A stretch of DNA of 64,000 nucleotides from Patescibacteria group bacterium (GCA_040390725.1 JAZJXT010000006.1:367-64366); one strand, 5' to 3'; shown: positions 46,813 to 56,333, counted from the first letter of the stretch. Notes: generated by a model not told the origin, from the sequence alone. Program-made: numbers and translations.

Positions 46813-46904
46813 CCTCACCCCCTTAATCCCCTCTCCGGAGTACCAGAGAGGGGAAACCAAATTCAAACACAAAAAAGCACCCATTTCTGAGTGCTTTTTT
46901 GTTT
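46813..46904 (+). repeat. R5 inverted-repeat end (cctcacccc-N5-cccctctcc-loop-gagagggg) plus R4 terminator repeat copy 1
   Basis: Inverted partner at 47617-47637. Direct repeat of aaaccaaat.caaacacaaaaaagcacccatttctgagtgcttttttgttt at 47638-47690. Confidence 0.6.
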
Positions 46905-46974
46905 GCTTGTTGAAAAATTTTCCACAGATATATTGCTTTTATTGTTAAAAAGTGTATAGTAATAATGTACTCGT

Positions 46975-47058
46975 GAACCGTAAGGTTTATTCGGCTAAGG
47001 AATTCCATACGCCGCAAGCGAGTACTACAAAGACGCCGTCGCTATGACGGCTTTTTTG
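46975..47058 (+). ncRNA. R3c: partial, degenerate copy of the R3 element, convergent with the 3' end of paralog X2, with its own terminator (gccgtcgctatgacggctttttt)
   Basis: cCGTAAGgtttaTTCGGCTAAGGAatTCC aligns to the cGTAAGccccTTATCGGCTAAGGAtcTTCC of R3a. Confidence 0.4.
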
Positions 47059-47455
47059 TTTGCTTTTCTTTCTTTTTCCAAACGCTCAAGAATGTAATAT
47101 TTCCATCACCTATCCTGCGCAAAACAACAGAAACAGTGGCTCCACTTTTTCCGGCGATTTCTTTTAATTCCCAAATCTCAAAATATTTACCGAGCGGTTT
47201 TGAATACTGCTGTTTTTTATAATCAAAAATACTTTTTGCGTTTTTAATTACAGGAATCACCAACGGAAGCAACCCCATTTTAAATTGTTGCTCTTTAATA
47301 TTTCTTTGTTTGCCGTGGCTATCATATCTTAAATGATAAAATCCTTTAGAATTAAAAATAATCTCTTCATTTAAAATAGGGCAATGCACTTTGCCAATGG
47401 TTTTATACCAAGCCCCCTTTTCTTTCAAAAATTCTTGAAACGATTGTTTTTCCAC
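47042..47455 (-). CDS. hypothetical protein, paralog family X (second copy)
   Basis: See 13132-13578. Confidence 0.5.
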   Translation of the reverse strand: MEKQSFQEFLKEKGAWYKTIGKVHCPILNEEIIFNSKGFYHLRYDSHGKQRNIKEQQFKMGLLPLVIPVIKNAKSIFDYKKQQYSKPLGKYFEIWELKEIAGKSGATVSVVLRRIGDGNITFLSVWKKKEKQTKKPS

Positions 47456-47496
47456 AAAATAGATTATAGCATAATAAGAAAAATATTTTATAAAAC

Positions 47497-47593
47497 AAAA
47501 AATCCACCTTTCGGTGGGTTCTTTGTTATGCCTGGCTTCAAGCTTAGGAATACCTTAGCTGAACGGGGCTTACGCCCACAGGCACACTTATAA
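47497..47593 (-). ncRNA. R3b: full copy of the R3 structured element, co-directional with and immediately upstream of paralog X2, ending in the terminator cccaccgaaaggtgg + U-run
   Basis: ~80% identity to 13027-13129 including the gggcgtaagcccc hairpin. Confidence 0.5.
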
Positions 47594-47616
47594 TCTAACA
47601 TAAAATTTTTAATTTT

Positions 47617-47690
47617 GGAGAGGGGTCAGGGGTGAGGAAAAACCAAATACAAACACAAAAAAGCACCCATTTCTGAGTGCTTTTTTGTTT
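47617..47690 (+). repeat. R5 inverted-repeat end (ggagaggggtcaggggtgagg) plus R4 terminator repeat copy 2
   Basis: Reverse complement of the first half of 46813-46853; R4 ~95% identical to 46854-46904. Confidence 0.6.
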
Positions 47691-47736
47691 CAATTTATCC
47701 GGAATTGATAACCGCTATAACTTAACAAACTATAGA

Positions 47737-50700
47737 CTAGCTAGTTAGGCCAACAGAATTTGTTGGGTAATTATTCAAGTATAAAGTGTTGTTTGTTGTC
47801 TCATTTCCTGTTGCACCACCTGCTGTGTCAGTCCAGACAAATGTTGCAGCTGCACCAACAGAACTTGAGATAGAGCTCGAGTGAGCACCACCAGAGTTAG
47901 GAACAGCTGAAACTGGGACAAAGATCTTGAAGGTAATAGTTGTTCCGTGTGCAATAAGGTAACCACCGTTATTAAAGGTGATTGTACTATTACCACTAGA
48001 GAACGAACCAGCTGTTGTTTCAAGAACAGCACCTGAAGCATCTTTTACAAAAATACTTGTTGTAGAAGAAGAAACTCCAGTTCCAGATGTAGAATCTGCA
48101 CCATCAGCAAGAGTTGCGTCAGTTGTAGATACATGAATATCTAAGCTCTGTAGAGTGATGTCTCCTGCTTGATCAGCGCTAACTGTAACGTTCATAGCGT
48201 TTTCGTTACCAACAGCTAGGACACCACCAGCAGCAACTACTGCGACAACTGGCTTTGAACCAACAACTCTCATAGTAGGAGTTGAGACAGTGATAGTACC
48301 AGTGTCTGAACTCGCTCCTCCGATAGTGTAGTAAACCTTTGTCATAGTAAGTTGTGAAGTGCCGTTATCAGAAGTGTATGCACCGATACCAGCAGCACCG
48401 ACAGATCCATAAGAAATCATTACAGGGAATGTAGCACCAGAAGAACCATTTGGAACAGCAAGGTTAAGACCTGTGATGTCAAATGTGTTGCCAGTAGTGT
48501 TAACATTACCAGTTTGTCCTCCTACAGTGATAGCAGTGATAGGATCAGTTGCGCCACTTGTAGAGAATGTGATTTCAGTAATATTTGCATTTCCGTTTGA
48601 AGATACAAATTTGAATGAACCTGTAGTTGCATTACTTACTCCTGTAGCTCCCGCTGCAACATACTGAGAAGTAGTTGAACTTGAAGTAACCAATGTAGGT
48701 GTAGCGACAGTACCAGTAGCCATTGTTATTGTTTGACCAGTAACATCTGTAAGACTAGTATTGCCATTTGCAAAGATAGAAACATTTGAACTTGAACCGA
48801 TACCTTGTGGAGCAAGCTTAGTAAGTATTGTACCGTAGTTTGCACCTCCAAGATCAGCCATCAAATCAATTGTCTTTGTTGCACCTGGTGCAAGAGTAAA
48901 GTCAACTGAGAAAGTATCAGTACCAGTTGGAGCAATTGGATTTGAACCAGAACCTGAAGTTTCTGAAGTTCTCAATCCGTTTACATAAGTGATAGCTGTA
49001 GCTGTCTTACCAGCGACAGTGATAGCAGCACCTAATGCACAACCTCCAGTACCTGCTGTAGAAACAGTTGTAGTAAGTTGTGTTGAACTTGCAACTGCAG
49101 TTACTGTACCAACTAGGTCTACTGTAGGACAATCAACAGTGATCACATCACCAGCATTGAAGCTAGCAGAAGATGATACGTTGATAGCGTGACCAGCACC
49201 TGCTGTAAAGTCACTACCAGCAGCAACCAATGTAGGAGTAGCAAATGTTGTTGTAACTCTCAAGCTAGTAACACGAACAGATTCAGATGTACTCTGGTTC
49301 TGCATAGTGTAAGAGCCAAGTTTTACGTTTGCAGTATTTGCATTCATAACTTGATTACCATAGCTAGCGTTCTTTCCAACGTTAAGAGTACCAGTTTGAA
49401 TGTTCAAAGTGTTACCTGTAACGCTTGGGATAGCCAAGCCATTGTGTGAGTTCATACCTTCAGCACCAGTAGAACTTCCTACTAGGCTAGCGTGAAGAGT
49501 ACCAGCTGTGTAGTTGATACTTGTGCTGTTTCGGATATCTGCACGGATTTCCAAATAACTATCAACACCTGCAGGCACAATCATTTGTGAGCCTGGTGTC
49601 ATATCTATTTGAGTACCGGAAGTACCAGTTGCAGTTTGAGTACCAATTTGTGAACCATTAAAGTAAGCAGTAACGTTCTGAAGAGTTGTTGTACTTCCAG
49701 AAGAAACTGTTCCACTAATAGTTGGTGTGAAAGAAAGCGTGTTTACCTTCATATCTTCACCGTAAGCATGCAATTTGAACTTAGCGATAGCTACGTTTGT
49801 AGCACCACCAGTCACTTTAGTCATAGCTTGGAAAGTAGGGTCAATAACAGCTGTCATTGAACCTGCGTTTATAGTGATTGAAGAGTAAGTTGCGTTTGTT
49901 ACACCTCCGAATACAACGTTGATTCCGACTTGAGAGTCGTAAACCATCATATCAGAAGCTAATTGAACTGAAAGTTGAATAGTTCTTGCAGAACCTTTTA
50001 CGACATCTGCGCGAACATCCAAAGTGTGGTTACCAGTAGTAAGTTCAACTGGCATTGCAGACAAGTCAAAGGTTACATAATTTGAACCATTAACTGTTGT
50101 CATTGTACCTGTAGAACCTAGAGCAAGTCCGTCTTTGTATAGTTTTACATTCGCTAGAGCGTCAGTAGGAGCAGAACCGATAACTCGGAAGTTTGCAGCC
50201 TTGAGCCATAGAGAGTGTGTACCTACAACATTGATAGGAGCTGACCATACTGTGTAAGCAGTAGTACCAGGGTTAACTGTAGGGTTAACAGGTAGAGTAT
50301 TTGTAGTGAAGCTTACTGAAGCAGCATTTGATCCAGTAGCGACATACATAGTATTACCAACCAAGTTAACATTTGTAGCTGCACCGCCAGTAACTGTGAA
50401 AGAAGTCATATTTACGCCAAGACTGTAAGCAGTGTTACCGACATTAAGCACGTCAGCTCTTACGGAAATAGTTCTTGAACCACTAACCATAAGATTAAGA
50501 CTACTCATAGTAAGATCACCGTTATTGTTGAAAGAGTAACCATCTGTCAAACGTGTTACACCATCGTATAGGTAAACGTTTGTAAGAGTACTCTGATCAG
50601 AAATACCAGTTCTCTTTAACATAACAGAGTTAACTGTTCCAGTTCCTGTGAATGTAACGTGTAACAAGTCAGCAGTAGCTTGACCGGCAACGATTGTGCC

Positions 50701-51273
50701 AGCAGCTGGGTTGTCTGTTGCAAGCATTACAGTAACAGGACCAGTTTGAGAAGCAGTAGAACTTGCTGCGTAGCAAGCTCCGCCAGTTACAGGACTAAAT
50801 CCTGCAGCTGAAGTACAACCAGGTGGAAGGAATGTGTTTGCCATTACGCTAGCACATGACATGCCAGTTGTTGAACTGTATCCAGAAGCTGAAGTACAGC
50901 CTGCTGGGAAGTTACCTGATACTGAACCGTGAGCGACTAATGAAGCTCGTGACATTGGTCCGAATACTCCGTCAGCTGTAAGGCCGGCAGAAGCTTGGAA
51001 CATTTTCACTGCAGCCTTAGTTGCGTTTCCGAAGTATGTTGTTTCCATACCTGCAGAACCAGCACTAACACCGTCAACGTGGAAACCCTTTTCATTAAGC
51101 ATCTGTTGAAGACACATAACTTGAGAATTTCTCATTCCATATTTCAAAGTCATAGTGAAGCCAGTACAATTTGCTGCGTTGACTTCTGTTGCATTTACAG
51201 CAACAACACCAACGAACATAACTGCCGCCATCACAACTCCTGAAAGGAATTTTGATTTAAATAAATTACTCAT
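47737..51273 (-). CDS. giant (1178 aa) secreted Thr/Ser/Gly/Val-rich surface protein with an N-terminal peptidoglycan-binding domain
   Basis: Signal peptide, then CTGFTMTLKYGMRNSQVMCLQQMLNEKGF...ATKAAVKMFQASAGLTADGVFGP (PG_binding_1-like), followed by >1000 aa of low-complexity beta-rich sequence. Confidence 0.55.
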   Translation of the reverse strand: MSNLFKSKFLSGVVMAAVMFVGVVAVNATEVNAANCTGFTMTLKYGMRNSQVMCLQQMLNEKGFHVDGVSAGSAGMETTYFGNATKAAVKMFQASAGLTADGVFGPMSRASLVAHGSVSGNFPAGCTSASGYSSTTGMSCASVMANTFLPPGCTSAAGFSPVTGGACYAASSTASQTGPVTVMLATDNPAAGTIVAGQATADLLHVTFTGTGTVNSVMLKRTGISDQSTLTNVYLYDGVTRLTDGYSFNNNGDLTMSSLNLMVSGSRTISVRADVLNVGNTAYSLGVNMTSFTVTGGAATNVNLVGNTMYVATGSNAASVSFTTNTLPVNPTVNPGTTAYTVWSAPINVVGTHSLWLKAANFRVIGSAPTDALANVKLYKDGLALGSTGTMTTVNGSNYVTFDLSAMPVELTTGNHTLDVRADVVKGSARTIQLSVQLASDMMVYDSQVGINVVFGGVTNATYSSITINAGSMTAVIDPTFQAMTKVTGGATNVAIAKFKLHAYGEDMKVNTLSFTPTISGTVSSGSTTTLQNVTAYFNGSQIGTQTATGTSGTQIDMTPGSQMIVPAGVDSYLEIRADIRNSTSINYTAGTLHASLVGSSTGAEGMNSHNGLAIPSVTGNTLNIQTGTLNVGKNASYGNQVMNANTANVKLGSYTMQNQSTSESVRVTSLRVTTTFATPTLVAAGSDFTAGAGHAINVSSSASFNAGDVITVDCPTVDLVGTVTAVASSTQLTTTVSTAGTGGCALGAAITVAGKTATAITYVNGLRTSETSGSGSNPIAPTGTDTFSVDFTLAPGATKTIDLMADLGGANYGTILTKLAPQGIGSSSNVSIFANGNTSLTDVTGQTITMATGTVATPTLVTSSSTTSQYVAAGATGVSNATTGSFKFVSSNGNANITEITFSTSGATDPITAITVGGQTGNVNTTGNTFDITGLNLAVPNGSSGATFPVMISYGSVGAAGIGAYTSDNGTSQLTMTKVYYTIGGASSDTGTITVSTPTMRVVGSKPVVAVVAAGGVLAVGNENAMNVTVSADQAGDITLQSLDIHVSTTDATLADGADSTSGTGVSSSTTSIFVKDASGAVLETTAGSFSSGNSTITFNNGGYLIAHGTTITFKIFVPVSAVPNSGGAHSSSISSSVGAAATFVWTDTAGGATGNETTNNTLYLNNYPTNSVGLTS

Positions 51274-51687
51274 AATATTAATTTTTAATTCCGCTTAAGA
51301 ATTTTATAAAATGTTTAACTTTTATATAAATTCAAAATCGGGATTGTGTGGTTGTAATTTAGTTTCGACTTGTCATAATTTTTTTATTAAAAAATGACAA
51401 AACTAAAACCACACTGTTAATCTAATATCTCGCTTTTTAACGCGAGACAATTTAGACACAAACTTGATAACCATCAAAAACAGAAAACAATTTTCGTATT
51501 CTATTTTCAATGATCTTGTATCGTGTGCGCAAACTTTTTCCATAACAGAAAAAGCTTTGCCCAAGACACATAACTATTATAGTACTTGCACTATAAATAG
51601 AGCAAGTAAAATTGTGGATAAACCCCTTAATAAATAAAGAGTTCGCCACGTTTTTGATATTAGCAAATTTAGAACCTTTAAGCAAAT

Positions 51688-52506
51688 TTAGATATTATAT
51701 TTTGACCACCTCTTCTCCCCTGTTTTTTTTAACAAATTGTCCTTTACCATAGAGATGAGTTCGCGCTGTAAAGTTTTCTCTCCGCATGTCCTTAAGACAC
51801 CTTGGGCGTTATCTTTGATGTCCTTTATTGTCGCTCCACCTTTGTCCTTTATAATTTTTATTATCTCTTCATGGCGTTGTTTTTTTAGATTATTGAAAGC
51901 CTCTCCCCCCGCCCTCTCCAAAGTAGAGGGAGCTTTAATTTTGTCCGATATCGCTTTCATTAAAGTGTGTCCTTTTTGAAGACCAAAATTTATAGATTGA
52001 TGTCCGTTAGAAACTTCTTTCACCCTCTCCTTGATAAGGAGAGGGTTGGGGTGAGGTGAATTTTGAAATTTATTTTCTACTTCTTCTTCCCCAAAAAAAT
52101 CCTCCAATAAAACAGAATTTCTTTGCGTATCCAACACCTCTGAATTTAAAAATTCTTTCATTTTTAAAAACTCTCTTTTTAAAATAGTAGAATTCATTTC
52201 TGAAATTAAATTCACGGTCAAAGCTATGTCCAATAAAGATATTATGGCAGAAATTTTTTGATCTAAATGTGTATGTAAGGAATCTGTGTCCGATATAATT
52301 TCCGTACCTAATGTCCTTAATTTATTACGTAATGGCTCTTCTTTGTCCATTATGTCCGTTACCATATAAAGAGCTATTATAAGCTTATTTGTTTTTGTGT
52401 AGGACATCAACATTCCTCCTGTATTCCCATGTCTCCTGAGCACTGAAAGAGCTGATGTCGCATAGCTGTCTTTGAGATTTTTATTTTCATCTAACATGTT
52501 GTCCAT
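51688..52506 (-). CDS. hypothetical protein carrying in-frame R5-like palindromic segments
   Basis: ORF track. ccctctccttgataaggagagggttggggtgagg at 52023-52057 lies inside the ORF and encodes ..HPNPLLIKER.. Confidence 0.35.
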   Translation of the reverse strand: MDNMLDENKNLKDSYATSALSVLRRHGNTGGMLMSYTKTNKLIIALYMVTDIMDKEEPLRNKLRTLGTEIISDTDSLHTHLDQKISAIISLLDIALTVNLISEMNSTILKREFLKMKEFLNSEVLDTQRNSVLLEDFFGEEEVENKFQNSPHPNPLLIKERVKEVSNGHQSINFGLQKGHTLMKAISDKIKAPSTLERAGGEAFNNLKKQRHEEIIKIIKDKGGATIKDIKDNAQGVLRTCGEKTLQRELISMVKDNLLKKTGEKRWSKYNI

Positions 52507-52538
52507 TATATATAAAAGACATAGAAATGCAAATCTTA

Positions 52539-52650
52539 TTCCCCTCTTGAGGGGTGGACTTTGTACTCAAAGGACGGGGTGGAGGTTTTCGGGTTAATAA
52601 ATTCTCCACCTCCCCCCGACAGTAGTCGGGGTACTCCTCAAGAGGAGAAT
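52539..52650 (+). repeat. R6c: third copy of the structured repeat
   Basis: ttcccctcttgaggggtggactttgtactcaaaggacggggtggagg...ccacctccccccgacagtagtcggggtactcctcaagaggagaat. Confidence 0.55.
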
Positions 52651-52680
52651 TAAAAAAAATATGTTAAAATACATTTACTT

Positions 52681-54960
52681 ATGGCAAAAAATTCAAACAG
52701 TAAAAATAATAAAAACAGCAAGGAAAAAATTAAAGATAAAAATGAAAAACCTGCACGCGGGAACAAAGAATCTTCCGGAAAAAATAATCAGCAAAAGAAA
52801 TTAAAAACAGAAACAAAACACAGCATCATAGCAATAATATTTTTTGTTCTAGCGGTATTTCTTTTCATGGCGGCATTTGATTGGGCGGGCATGGCAGGAA
52901 AATTTGTTCATGATGTTTTGCATTATCTTTTGGGTTGGGGTTATGGGCTTTTGCCTGCTCTATTTGTATTGTTAGGAATTTCTTTTCTAAAATCAGAATA
53001 CGAAAATGTCGGATGGTTGCGAGCAGGCAGTGGACTTTTATTTTTAATGTCCGGACTAGGCATCATAGACATAGCTTCCGCAAATCATTCAGGCGGACTT
53101 TTTGGAGAAATTTCCGCCGCTCCTTTAGTTTACTTTTTTGATCCATCTGCAAGTATTGTTTTCCTCGGAGCAATTTTAATAATTTCCATTTTAATAATGT
53201 TTGATGCTGAGCTCGCAGTCATGCCATTCTTTGAAAGAGTTTGGGTAGCGATTAAAAGAATTTTTGTAAAAAATAATACAGAAGAAAGTGAAGAGGAGGA
53301 AGAATCTACCTCACCTGAACCACAAGAAGAGGAAGAAGAAGTGCCTGAAGAAAAAGAAACGACCGGAGAAAAAATTAAAAAAGTATTAGGTGTCGGCAAA
53401 AAAGAAAAAACAAAAGAAGAAAAAGTAGAGGAAGAAGAAATGCCGGTCAGAAAAACAAGAAGCTTGTTATCAACCTATGTCCCTCCCCCACTCACACTCC
53501 TCGAAGAAGACAAAGGTAAACCAAACACTGGCGACATCAAAGCAAATGGAAATATTATCAAACGCACACTAGCGAACTTCGGCATCGAAGTCGAAATGGA
53601 TGAGATAACTGTCGGCCCTAGTATCACACGTTATGCTTTGAAGCCAGCCGAGGGAGTAAAACTTTCAAAAATAGTAGCCCTCCAAAGTGACCTTGCTCTC
53701 GCATTAGCTGCTCACCCCTTGCGTATCGAAGCCCCCATCCCAGGCAAGTCACTCGTCGGTATTGAAATCCCTAACAAAGTAAAATCCACCGTCGGACTAG
53801 CTACACTTCTTTCAGATGATAAATTTAAAAATTCACCAAACCCTCTCGATGTGGCCCTCGGTCGTGGAATTTCCGGAAAAGCAGTATTCGACAACTTGGC
53901 AAAAATGCCTCATGCGCTCATCGCTGGTACAACAGGATCCGGAAAATCCGTCACCATTCACTCAGTCATTACTTCCCTTTTATATAGAAACGGCCCAGAT
54001 GATTTGAAGTTAATAATGGTTGACCCAAAGCGTGTAGAATTAACTTTATACAATAAAATTCCCCACCTACTCACTCCTGTCATCACTGAAGCAAAAAAAT
54101 GTATCTTGGCTTTGAAATGGGCAGCAAAAGAAATGGATAGGCGTTATGATATCCTCCAAGAAGAATCCGTACGTGATATCAATTCTTACCATGAAACTAT
54201 TTATCCTAGATTATTAAAGACTTACGAAAAAGCCACAGAAAAAGGCGACGAGACGGCAAAACAACCAGAACGCATGCCATATATTGTCATTATTATAGAT
54301 GAGCTCGCAGACATCATGATCGCCTACCCTCGAGAACTAGAGTCTGCAATAGTCCGCCTCGCTCAAATGTCTCGAGCTGTCGGCATACATATTATATTGT
54401 CCACTCAACGCCCGGAAGTAAATGTCATCACCGGATTGATCAAAGCAAACATCCCTGCGCGTATTGCCCTCAAAGTTTCTTCCGGTATAGATTCACGCAC
54501 AATATTAGATGCCACCGGTGCAGAAAAACTTTTAGGTGCCGGAGATATGCTTTACTCTTCCGGTAAAGCTCAGCCAGAACGTCTACAATCAGCATTTATA
54601 ACCGAAGCTGAAGTAAAAAGCGTCGTAAAATATCTCGCAGATGCTTACAAAGATGAAGTCATGGAAGACATTGCTATGACGACAGGCAATATTTCCGCTG
54701 ACAAAAGTATTTTTGAAAGCACTCTAGATGATGCGGGTGACGATGACGAAATGTACGAAGAAGCTCGTGCTTGTGTTATAGAGGCCGGTAAAGCATCCAC
54801 TTCGTATTTGCAAAGAAAATTAAAATTGGGTTATGCCAGAGCAGCACGACTCATGGATATGCTAGAAGAACGCGGAGTCATCAGTGCTGGCGACGGTGCA
54901 AAACCTAGAGAGGTTTTAGAAAAGATTGAACATACAGAATCCGGTGAAAACGTCATATAA
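52681..54960 (+). CDS. ftsK: DNA translocase FtsK/SpoIIIE
   Basis: N-terminal TM segments, an acidic linker, and a C-terminal motor with Walker A IAGTTGSGKS and a gamma-domain-like end. Confidence 0.85.
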   Translation: MAKNSNSKNNKNSKEKIKDKNEKPARGNKESSGKNNQQKKLKTETKHSIIAIIFFVLAVFLFMAAFDWAGMAGKFVHDVLHYLLGWGYGLLPALFVLLGISFLKSEYENVGWLRAGSGLLFLMSGLGIIDIASANHSGGLFGEISAAPLVYFFDPSASIVFLGAILIISILIMFDAELAVMPFFERVWVAIKRIFVKNNTEESEEEEESTSPEPQEEEEEVPEEKETTGEKIKKVLGVGKKEKTKEEKVEEEEMPVRKTRSLLSTYVPPPLTLLEEDKGKPNTGDIKANGNIIKRTLANFGIEVEMDEITVGPSITRYALKPAEGVKLSKIVALQSDLALALAAHPLRIEAPIPGKSLVGIEIPNKVKSTVGLATLLSDDKFKNSPNPLDVALGRGISGKAVFDNLAKMPHALIAGTTGSGKSVTIHSVITSLLYRNGPDDLKLIMVDPKRVELTLYNKIPHLLTPVITEAKKCILALKWAAKEMDRRYDILQEESVRDINSYHETIYPRLLKTYEKATEKGDETAKQPERMPYIVIIIDELADIMIAYPRELESAIVRLAQMSRAVGIHIILSTQRPEVNVITGLIKANIPARIALKVSSGIDSRTILDATGAEKLLGAGDMLYSSGKAQPERLQSAFITEAEVKSVVKYLADAYKDEVMEDIAMTTGNISADKSIFESTLDDAGDDDEMYEEARACVIEAGKASTSYLQRKLKLGYARAARLMDMLEERGVISAGDGAKPREVLEKIEHTESGENVI

Positions 54961-55288
54961 AAAAATAATAACGGTGGGCGGGTTTTCACTTTTCTTTGTA
55001 TTGATTATTTTTTATGCATTTTTTACATCAGAAAATTTAATCTTTGGTGTTAAGATAAAAAATGTAAATATAGTAGATGGTGCAAAAGTGGAAAATAACA
55101 TTTTAGAAGTCAAAGGAACAGCGAAAAATGCAGTAGAATTGAGCTTAAATGGACGAGATATTTCCGTAGACCAAGGTGGCAATTTTAACGAGACAATTAT
55201 ATTGCTTTCGGGGTATAATATCATAGACATAAAAGCAAAGGATAAATTTGGAAATGTTGATGAGAAAAATTATAAATTAATTTATTAA
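54926..55288 (+). CDS. hypothetical membrane/secreted protein (the start is probably downstream of the listed ATG)
   Basis: ORF track; overlaps the ftsK end. Confidence 0.3.
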   Translation: MNIQNPVKTSYKKIITVGGFSLFFVLIIFYAFFTSENLIFGVKIKNVNIVDGAKVENNILEVKGTAKNAVELSLNGRDISVDQGGNFNETIILLSGYNIIDIKAKDKFGNVDEKNYKLIY

Positions 55289-55295
55289 AAAATAT

Positions 55296-56333
55296 ATGCA
55301 GCAAAAAAAAGCAAAAAAAGAAGACAAGACAAGCAATAATGATTTGGAAGAAACACTAAAATCAATCCAAACAAAATTCGGCGAAGGCTCTATTATTAAA
55401 ATGGGTGACACTCCAAAAGTAGACTTGAATGTCATACCGACAGGTTCCCTTGGTTTGGATATGGCTCTAGGCGTCGGTGGAATACCACGTGGCAGAATCA
55501 TCGAAGTTTTCGGACCGGAATCATCCGGTAAAACTACCCTAGCTTCACACATCGTCGCTGAAGCGCAAAAACTCGGAGGTATCTGCGCGTACATCGATGC
55601 CGAACACGCAATGGATCCGGAATATACCAAAAAACTCGGAGTAAAAATAAATGACCTTCTCGTTTCCCAGCCTGACACCGGCGAGCAAGCATTAGAAATA
55701 GTTGAGAGCCTCGTGCGCTCCGGAAAAATTGATGTTATCGTCATAGACTCCGTCGCAGCATTGACTCCAAAAGACGAAATCGAGGGCGATATGGGCGCGT
55801 ATCACGTGGGCAAGCAGGCCCGCCTGATGTCCCAAGCTCTCCGTAAACTTACCGCAATAGTAGCCAAATCAAAAACCGTCGTCATTTTCATAAACCAAAT
55901 CCGTATGCAAATAGGCGTGATGTTCGGCAATCCAGAAACGACACCGGGAGGCAAGGCTTTGAAATTCTACACTTCTATCCGCCTCGACATCCGCAAAATA
56001 GCGCAAATTAAAAAAGGCGAAGACGTCGTCGGCTCCCGCACTCGCGTGAAAGTCGTAAAAAATAAAGTCGCCGCTCCTTTCAAGCAAACAGAATTCGACA
56101 TCATTTACAATGAAGGTATTTCCAAAGAAGGAGAAATAATAGCATTGGGTGAGAAATTCAAAATCGTAGAAAAATCCGGCAATTCATATTTCTATATGCC
56201 AGCCGGTGAAGGCAAGGAAAAAGTAAAGCTCGGCGTAGGCTACGACAACACTCGCACATTCTTAAAAGAAAATTCCAAAATCGCTGAACAAATCTTGAAA
56301 GAAATCAGAAAGAAGTTTGCAGAGGAGGTTTAA
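55296..56333 (+). CDS. recA: recombinase RecA
   Basis: [18 protein letters not shown] and the conserved L1/L2 regions. Confidence 0.9.
   Translation: MQQKKAKKEDKTSNNDLEETLKSIQTKFGEGSIIKMGDTPKVDLNVIPTGSLGLDMALGVGGIPRGRIIEVFGPESSGKTTLASHIVAEAQKLGGICAYIDAEHAMDPEYTKKLGVKINDLLVSQPDTGEQALEIVESLVRSGKIDVIVIDSVAALTPKDEIEGDMGAYHVGKQARLMSQALRKLTAIVAKSKTVVIFINQIRMQIGVMFGNPETTPGGKALKFYTSIRLDIRKIAQIKKGEDVVGSRTRVKVVKNKVAAPFKQTEFDIIYNEGISKEGEIIALGEKFKIVEKSGNSYFYMPAGEGKEKVKLGVGYDNTRTFLKENSKIAEQILKEIRKKFAEEV

Noticed and set aside
47042-47455. Calling paralog family X a transposase or homing endonuclease (HuH, GIY-YIG, HNH)
   Set aside because: I checked the conserved positions (HCP, NS.GF.HL.Y, GDGNI) against HuH, GIY-YIG and HNH signatures and none fit. 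The function is left as unknown.
4605-51621. DnaA-box matches as a replication origin
   Set aside because: The six boxes are spread over 47 kb, not clustered, and no dnaA or dnaN gene or AT-rich DUE arrangement is adjacent. More likely they are scattered regulatory or titration sites, or a compositional effect.
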